Shown in pieces: positions 59,292 through 64,000 of a DNA stretch of 64,000 nt (position 1 is its first letter; each line of letters opens with the position of its first letter). Source of the DNA: a bacterium ADurb.Bin236 (lineage in GTDB: Bacteria; UBP15; UBA6099); contig MWCD01000001.1 in NCBI GenBank assembly GCA_002069885.1, forward strand, positions 2,770 through 66,769, in the 5' to 3' direction. The notes beneath the pieces were generated by a model, which did no database searches, had not been told where the DNA came from, and saw only the letters and a list, made by a program, of their open reading frames with translations. A program made the translations under genes and the position numbers.

Positions 59292-60167
59292 TCATTCTTT
59301 AAAAAGAAGCACTGACGCGGCCTGCTCGTAAAAACCCGGATCGCGTTCGGCAAATCCGACTTCCGGGATGCCTGTGGATGGATTCAGCACCGGCGCGCCG
59401 AGCGGCGTCGTGGCGTTCCTGTCCAACGACAACAGCACTTCTTTCAACTTGTCCGAAATCCTTTTCGGGAGCCTGTTGGACACCACCCAAGCGTCGTTAG
59501 GAATCGGCGGCGTAGTGTGAATTATCCTATAGACATCTCCATACCGCTTCTTATTTATCCTGTAGCTGGTCTCCCATGTGGCTCCGCCGTCCACGACCCT
59601 GTTCTTCACGGCCTTTGCCACCTCGTCGTGGTCGCCCAGATAAAAGTATTTTTTGAAAAATGTCTTTGGCTCCAGTCCTTGTTCCCTCATATAGGCCACA
59701 GGCATTTTATATCCCGAACTCGAAGTCTGATCCACGAAAGCGAAAACCTTGTTCTTAAGCCCTGAAAAATCCTTGATGCCAGAGTCTTTGTGCGTTATCA
59801 CATAGCCCAGATAATGGTCGCTGTCTTTGCCTTCATAATCGCGGATGGAAGTGGCGATGTAGCGTATATTGGCGTTTGCGCGACGCGCTTTTAGGTATGA
59901 AATCGCGTTGAGACAGGCGAAATGAACCCTTCCCAGCGATATCTCCCTGACTAATTCGTCGTATGACTGATAAAGCACTATGTCGAATGTTTCGCCTGTC
60001 TGCAAATCAATGTAGTCTAAAAGCGGCTCAAACATGGCCTTCATTTCGGCCTCTGAACCCCATGGAACCACGCTGAATATATAATTCTGAGCTGATGCGC
60101 GCGCGGTAATAAAAACCGCCGCAAGCGTCACAATCGCAGAAAATACGGCTCTCATTTTCATAAGCAT
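59292..60167 (-). CDS. PhnD/SsuA-like periplasmic substrate-binding protein
   Basis: Signal peptide. Type-2 periplasmic binding protein fold, with N-terminus IFSVVPWGSEAEM...LYQSYDELVREISLGRVHFACLN resembling PhnD. Confidence 0.6.
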   Translation of the reverse strand: MLMKMRAVFSAIVTLAAVFITARASAQNYIFSVVPWGSEAEMKAMFEPLLDYIDLQTGETFDIVLYQSYDELVREISLGRVHFACLNAISYLKARRANANIRYIATSIRDYEGKDSDHYLGYVITHKDSGIKDFSGLKNKVFAFVDQTSSSGYKMPVAYMREQGLEPKTFFKKYFYLGDHDEVAKAVKNRVVDGGATWETSYRINKKRYGDVYRIIHTTPPIPNDAWVVSNRLPKRISDKLKEVLLSLDRNATTPLGAPVLNPSTGIPEVGFAERDPGFYEQAASVLLFKE

Positions 60168-60245
60168 TCAGTATTATACAACCTTGTTTTGAATAAGGCC
60201 ATATATGATGGACGCCCGACGGTTATGATTAAAGTCGAACGGAAT

Positions 60246-62960
60246 TCATGTCGCGATATTTAGAGCCTGAGACAATATCTGTTTTAATTCCTGAAGGTCG
60301 AAAGGTTTTTGCAGAAACGAGATAGCGCCTTTTTCGAGCAAAGCTGCCGCCGCCCCGTCTTTGCTGTATCCTGAGCAAATGACAATTTTTGCTCGCGGGT
60401 CGATTTTTTTCAGTTCTTCAAAAACTTCAGAACCGTCCATTTCAGGCATTATCATATCCAAGATAACGACATCCAGTTCAGAATGATTCATTCTAAAATA
60501 ATCCACGCCTTCGGCGCCGGATGACGCGGTAACCACTGAACAGCCCGAAACTCGCAAAAGGCGAGATGTCATAGAAAGGAAGTCTGTGTTGTCGTCAATC
60601 AAGAGTATAGAACAGCTTTTGTTATCATAGACAGGCTGGAAAGTGTCGGCGATGAACGCTTCTTCCGCCCCGGCCACAGGAAGCAGCATGGTAACTGTGG
60701 TTCCCTTGCCGGGTCTGCTTTCGACTCTTATATGCCCGTTGTGGTTCGTGATTATGCCGTGAGCTATATATAATCCCAGCCCGGTCCCGATTCCGACTTC
60801 TTTGGTTGTGAAAAAAGGCTCGAAAACTTTTAAAAGCGTTTCTTCGTCCATGCCGTGGCCGGAGTCAGTTATTGAAATGCGGCAGTAATTGCCGGGAGGA
60901 AGAACAGGTTCGACTGCTCCTAATTCCTTGACATCAATGTTGATCACGCAACATGATATCAGGATCTCGCCCGCTCCCATCATGGCGTCCGAGGCGTTTA
61001 TGCAGACATTCAGCAGGGCTTGATTGATTTGATTTGAATCTACGCTCACCACCGGAGACGGGATTTGCGTGTCGGTTTTCACCTTTACGCTTATCGGAAT
61101 GGTTCTGGATAGAATGTCGACAAGGTCGTTGATTAACGTGTCCGCAGAAACAGGCCGAACGTTGAGTTTCTCTTTTCGAGAGAAAGTGAGAAGCTTCATT
61201 GTGAGTTCTTTTGCGCGTTTAGTGACATCTTTGATTTTATGAAACCGGTCGGCGCCGGGCGAGTCAGGATGCTGCGCGAGCGCGACGTCGCACGTACCCA
61301 TAATCACAGCCAGCATGTTGTTAAAATCGTGAGCCACGCCTCCAGTCATTGTGCCGATCGCTTCAAGCTTTTTTGATTGGAACAACTGCTGCTGCAACAT
61401 TTCATTTTCTCGCTGCTTGCTTATAAGATCGGTGATGTCGCGTATCACGGTCGCCATGCACACGTCGCTGCCGTCTTCGTTATTCCTCACTGCGAACTTC
61501 GTTATCAGAGCCTCGATGATTTCGCCTGTTTTCAGGTTTCTTATCTTGGCTTGGCCCGACCATGTTCCTTTTGAAATCAGCGCTGGCATAATGTCATTTC
61601 TGATTGAGGCATGCTCTTCTTTCACGGCTATGTCAAAGACCGACAAATCCGATATGTCGGAATCCTCGTTAAGTCCGATGAGCTTTTTCCCGTTTTTGTT
61701 CATAAAGAGCAGTTTGCCTTCGATGTCAGCCATGCCGATCAAATCAACGCTGTTTTCCACGAGAGCTTTGAACTTCATCAGTTCAGTTTCGGCGTTTTTC
61801 TTGTCTGTAATGTCTCTAGCCACGAATAGAACTGATTTAACGCATCCGTTTGATTTAACCGGAACTGCCACGCAGTCGAACCACTCCATGCCCGTGAATT
61901 CCATGATATTGATCTCGCGTCTGATGGGTTCGCCTTTCGCCACCGCGCAGTCAAAAATATCCTTGATCAGCCTGTATGAAAATTCAGGCGAAATTGTAGA
62001 AACTCTCTGTCCTAAAATGGCATTGGCAGGCAAATTAATCATCTTTAGGATGGAAGCGTTCACATATTTGACCACTCCGTCAACGCCGATAAGGCAGATA
62101 AAATCGCTTGAAGATTCGGCAAGCAGTCGGTATTTCTCTTCCGACTCCAGCAGTTTTGCGGTTTTATCGTCAATTTCGAGTTTGAAGTTTTTAAGCTCGG
62201 CGGCCATTCGGTTGAAACCATTTGCCAGAAGCATTGCTTCATCCAGCGACGACACTCTAACTCGGGTGTCCAAATCGCCCCTCGAAATCCCCCGCATCGC
62301 CGATACCACATCAAGAATGGGGCGGACAGTGAAACGCGCGAGAAAAACGGCAACTATAGCTCCGATCATGCACAGCAACGCAAGAGAAGCCATATTGCGC
62401 GCAAAATTCGCTCTCTCTTCCTCAATGAATCGGCTGACGAAATAGCCTGTCTCTATTCGCCCCCAGTTTTTGCCGTTCATAGTCATCGGCATGGATATTT
62501 TGCCGAACAATGGAGATTGAGGGGCTATTAAATCTATTGACGTGTTTTCTGCGGCGTCTGAAAAATGCTCGATGTCGGGAATTTCGAGGCCGCGTTTTCT
62601 AGCCAGTTCGTAGTTAAAGGCAAAAGCCGAAGGGCAGCCTTCTTCATTAAAAACTATCACGTACAAAAGCTGGAGTATTTCAGGGCCTTCGTCTTTTGTG
62701 TATAGCGTCAGGACGTTTTTAACATAGTTGTCGGTGCGCTCCCAATCCGGCTGAGGGCTCAGCGTGTGAGCCGAAGCGATAAGAGACGCCATGCGCGCCA
62801 TTTCGTCGCGCGCCTGTCTCTCTCTCATTTTTAAACCGGATGAAAGGCTTATATAGGAAAAAACCGCCATGCTGACAAACAACAACGCAACGACGAAAGC
62901 GATTATCTTGGACTGAAGCCTGATAGGCGGCCTTTCGGAGTTCTGATCGCGGTTTTTCAT
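60246..62960 (-). CDS. hybrid sensor histidine kinase (periplasmic domain, HAMP, three PAS, HisKA, HATPase, C-terminal receiver)
   Basis: H-box GGVAHDFNNML, ATPase ITDSGHGMD...GTGLGLYIA, receiver ILLIDDN...VILDMIMPEMDG...K. Confidence 0.9.
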   Translation of the reverse strand: MKNRDQNSERPPIRLQSKIIAFVVALLFVSMAVFSYISLSSGLKMRERQARDEMARMASLIASAHTLSPQPDWERTDNYVKNVLTLYTKDEGPEILQLLYVIVFNEEGCPSAFAFNYELARKRGLEIPDIEHFSDAAENTSIDLIAPQSPLFGKISMPMTMNGKNWGRIETGYFVSRFIEEERANFARNMASLALLCMIGAIVAVFLARFTVRPILDVVSAMRGISRGDLDTRVRVSSLDEAMLLANGFNRMAAELKNFKLEIDDKTAKLLESEEKYRLLAESSSDFICLIGVDGVVKYVNASILKMINLPANAILGQRVSTISPEFSYRLIKDIFDCAVAKGEPIRREINIMEFTGMEWFDCVAVPVKSNGCVKSVLFVARDITDKKNAETELMKFKALVENSVDLIGMADIEGKLLFMNKNGKKLIGLNEDSDISDLSVFDIAVKEEHASIRNDIMPALISKGTWSGQAKIRNLKTGEIIEALITKFAVRNNEDGSDVCMATVIRDITDLISKQRENEMLQQQLFQSKKLEAIGTMTGGVAHDFNNMLAVIMGTCDVALAQHPDSPGADRFHKIKDVTKRAKELTMKLLTFSRKEKLNVRPVSADTLINDLVDILSRTIPISVKVKTDTQIPSPVVSVDSNQINQALLNVCINASDAMMGAGEILISCCVINIDVKELGAVEPVLPPGNYCRISITDSGHGMDEETLLKVFEPFFTTKEVGIGTGLGLYIAHGIITNHNGHIRVESRPGKGTTVTMLLPVAGAEEAFIADTFQPVYDNKSCSILLIDDNTDFLSMTSRLLRVSGCSVVTASSGAEGVDYFRMNHSELDVVILDMIMPEMDGSEVFEELKKIDPRAKIVICSGYSKDGAAAALLEKGAISFLQKPFDLQELKQILSQALNIAT

Positions 62961-62978
62961 CCGCCTGTCCTTTCGAAA

Positions 62979-63995
62979 CTAACGTTTTTTTGCGACATCA
63001 GATAGTCTGGAGATATTTTCCTTTGCTTCGGCGCGCCACGTTTTGTCGGCTGTGATATCCGCGACGATTTTCCAGCGCCTGACGGCTTCTTCGACGTTCC
63101 CGCCGCGCTCAAGATTCAACGCGTATCTTTTCAGAGAAGGTTCGGATCGCGCAAGGAAAGCATTGCAGTATTTCCTGTCGTATGCTCCCTCTTTGGTTTC
63201 CTCACAAATCTTTCTGACTTCATCAATATAATTGCCGTAGCCAAATAAATCAGTGTAAATGCTCTGCATGTCAAGAAGCAGAAGGGGCCTTTTCTTCAAC
63301 AGTGATTCGTATATATTATATGCGGTTTCTTTATCGCCGTTCATTTCATGACTTCTTGCGAGTCTGTATAGTAAGTCTTCTTTCTTATTGTCGTCAGCGA
63401 AGTCGAGGGCTTTTTTGAAGGATTGAGCGGCCTGCGGCCACCTCCCGGCATTGTAGAGTTTCCATGCCTTAGAGTAAGCGTCGCGTCCTTTTTGCGAACT
63501 GAACTGAATTGTCGGCATTGCGTAAACGCCTTGATTCGAGCCTAAAAACAGCATGTCCGAATTTACCGCAACCGCTGTGATATTGTTTGCTTCGAGACCG
63601 CAGTCCTTGCCGAAACGCTCCCATCTGCCGGTCAGCCTGCTGTGTTTATAAATGCCTTGTTTTGTGGCGACCCACACGTTCGGGCCGTCTACGAACAAAT
63701 CGTTCACGTGCGTTCCGCAGACGGCTCCGGCGTCGTTGTAAGAGACAAGATGTCTCGTGCGCGTGTCAAATCTATATACGCCGGAATTGTTAGGTCCCGG
63801 AGGAAAAGTGCGTTCCCGGCAGCCTATCCACATTGCGTCGCCGTCCGCCTGCGCTGTTTGAACATCGAATAAGTCCACGCCGACGTGATTGAACGCTCCT
63901 GTGGCGGCGTTGAATTTTCTTATGCCTGTGTCCATTCCGGCCCATACCGATTCTCTTGCGCGGATCAGAAATGTCATGTGAGGCGAGAATCGCAT
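62979..63995 (-). CDS. two-component-regulator-propeller (Reg_prop)-like / TPR-like protein. The N-terminus may extend beyond the window.
   Basis: Reg_prop-like repeats (NVWVATKQGIYKH, MLFLGSNQGVYAM), then a helical TPR-like C-terminus. The ORF starts at the window edge. Confidence 0.5.
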   Translation of the reverse strand: MRFSPHMTFLIRARESVWAGMDTGIRKFNAATGAFNHVGVDLFDVQTAQADGDAMWIGCRERTFPPGPNNSGVYRFDTRTRHLVSYNDAGAVCGTHVNDLFVDGPNVWVATKQGIYKHSRLTGRWERFGKDCGLEANNITAVAVNSDMLFLGSNQGVYAMPTIQFSSQKGRDAYSKAWKLYNAGRWPQAAQSFKKALDFADDNKKEDLLYRLARSHEMNGDKETAYNIYESLLKKRPLLLLDMQSIYTDLFGYGNYIDEVRKICEETKEGAYDRKYCNAFLARSEPSLKRYALNLERGGNVEEAVRRWKIVADITADKTWRAEAKENISRLSDVAKKR

Positions 63996-64000
63996 GTAGT

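Overview
This 64-kb window is high-GC bacterial chromosome (Gram-negative features: BatA/DUF58, sigma-54 activators, CheX/CheD, DUF11 outer-membrane proteins). Phylum cannot be assigned from sequence alone. I see four parts. (1) 1-12.9 kb: Bat-like VWA genes and an amino-sugar/glycan module (GH2 beta-mannosidase, ST0452-like sugar-1-P nucleotidyltransferase, GlmU-C-like LbH acetyltransferase, double-SIS isomerase, SCP2 protein), a receiver, a URO-D/MtaA-like protein and a lipoprotein with a clean terminator. (2) 13.0-33.0 kb: a complete Che-like signalling island. It holds a 1239-aa heme-c (CXXCH, DUF3365-like) PAS/GAF histidine kinase, a sigma-54 activator, CheY, CheA, CheW and a PAS-MCP ending in a terminator. 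A second operon follows: CheR, CheD, CheY, CheX, FapA(DUF342)-REC fusion, a second CheX, bacteriohemerythrin, a tandem-HD HD-GYP phosphodiesterase and a receiver. No CheB is present. (3) 33.0-44.5 kb: a minus-strand operon of four secreted DUF11-repeat proteins (586, 175, 597 and 2006 aa). The 2006-aa protein ends in a roughly 900-aa predicted beta-barrel. (4) 44.5-64 kb: tRNA-Leu(CAA), cysE, cysK, lepB, acyl-CoA dehydrogenase, dnaE, an alpha/beta hydrolase, a Zn-ribbon plus HExxH protein pair, an MFS transporter, a poly-HAMP MCP, a PhnD-like binding protein, a hybrid kinase and a Reg_prop/TPR protein. The main structural finding is that blocks 2 and 3 are each bounded by direct copies of the 54-nt 3' half of tRNA-Leu(CAA): an intact tRNA at 44528-44613 and fragments at 32980-33033 and 12957-13010. 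A 331-bp, about 99% identical repeat lies next to two of these copies, and homologous 'distal end' blocks with tandem TGTGTTAT repeats lie next to the other side of each island. That is the architecture of two tandemly accreted tRNA-targeting integrative elements. No integrase, excisionase or transposase is present in the window, so these would be integrase-less (CIME-like) islands or immobilised remnants. The chemosensory system with a heme-c kinase, hemerythrin and HD-GYP output, and the DUF11 surface-protein operon, are the cargo. No CRISPR array or rRNA was seen, and tRNA-Leu is the only tRNA.
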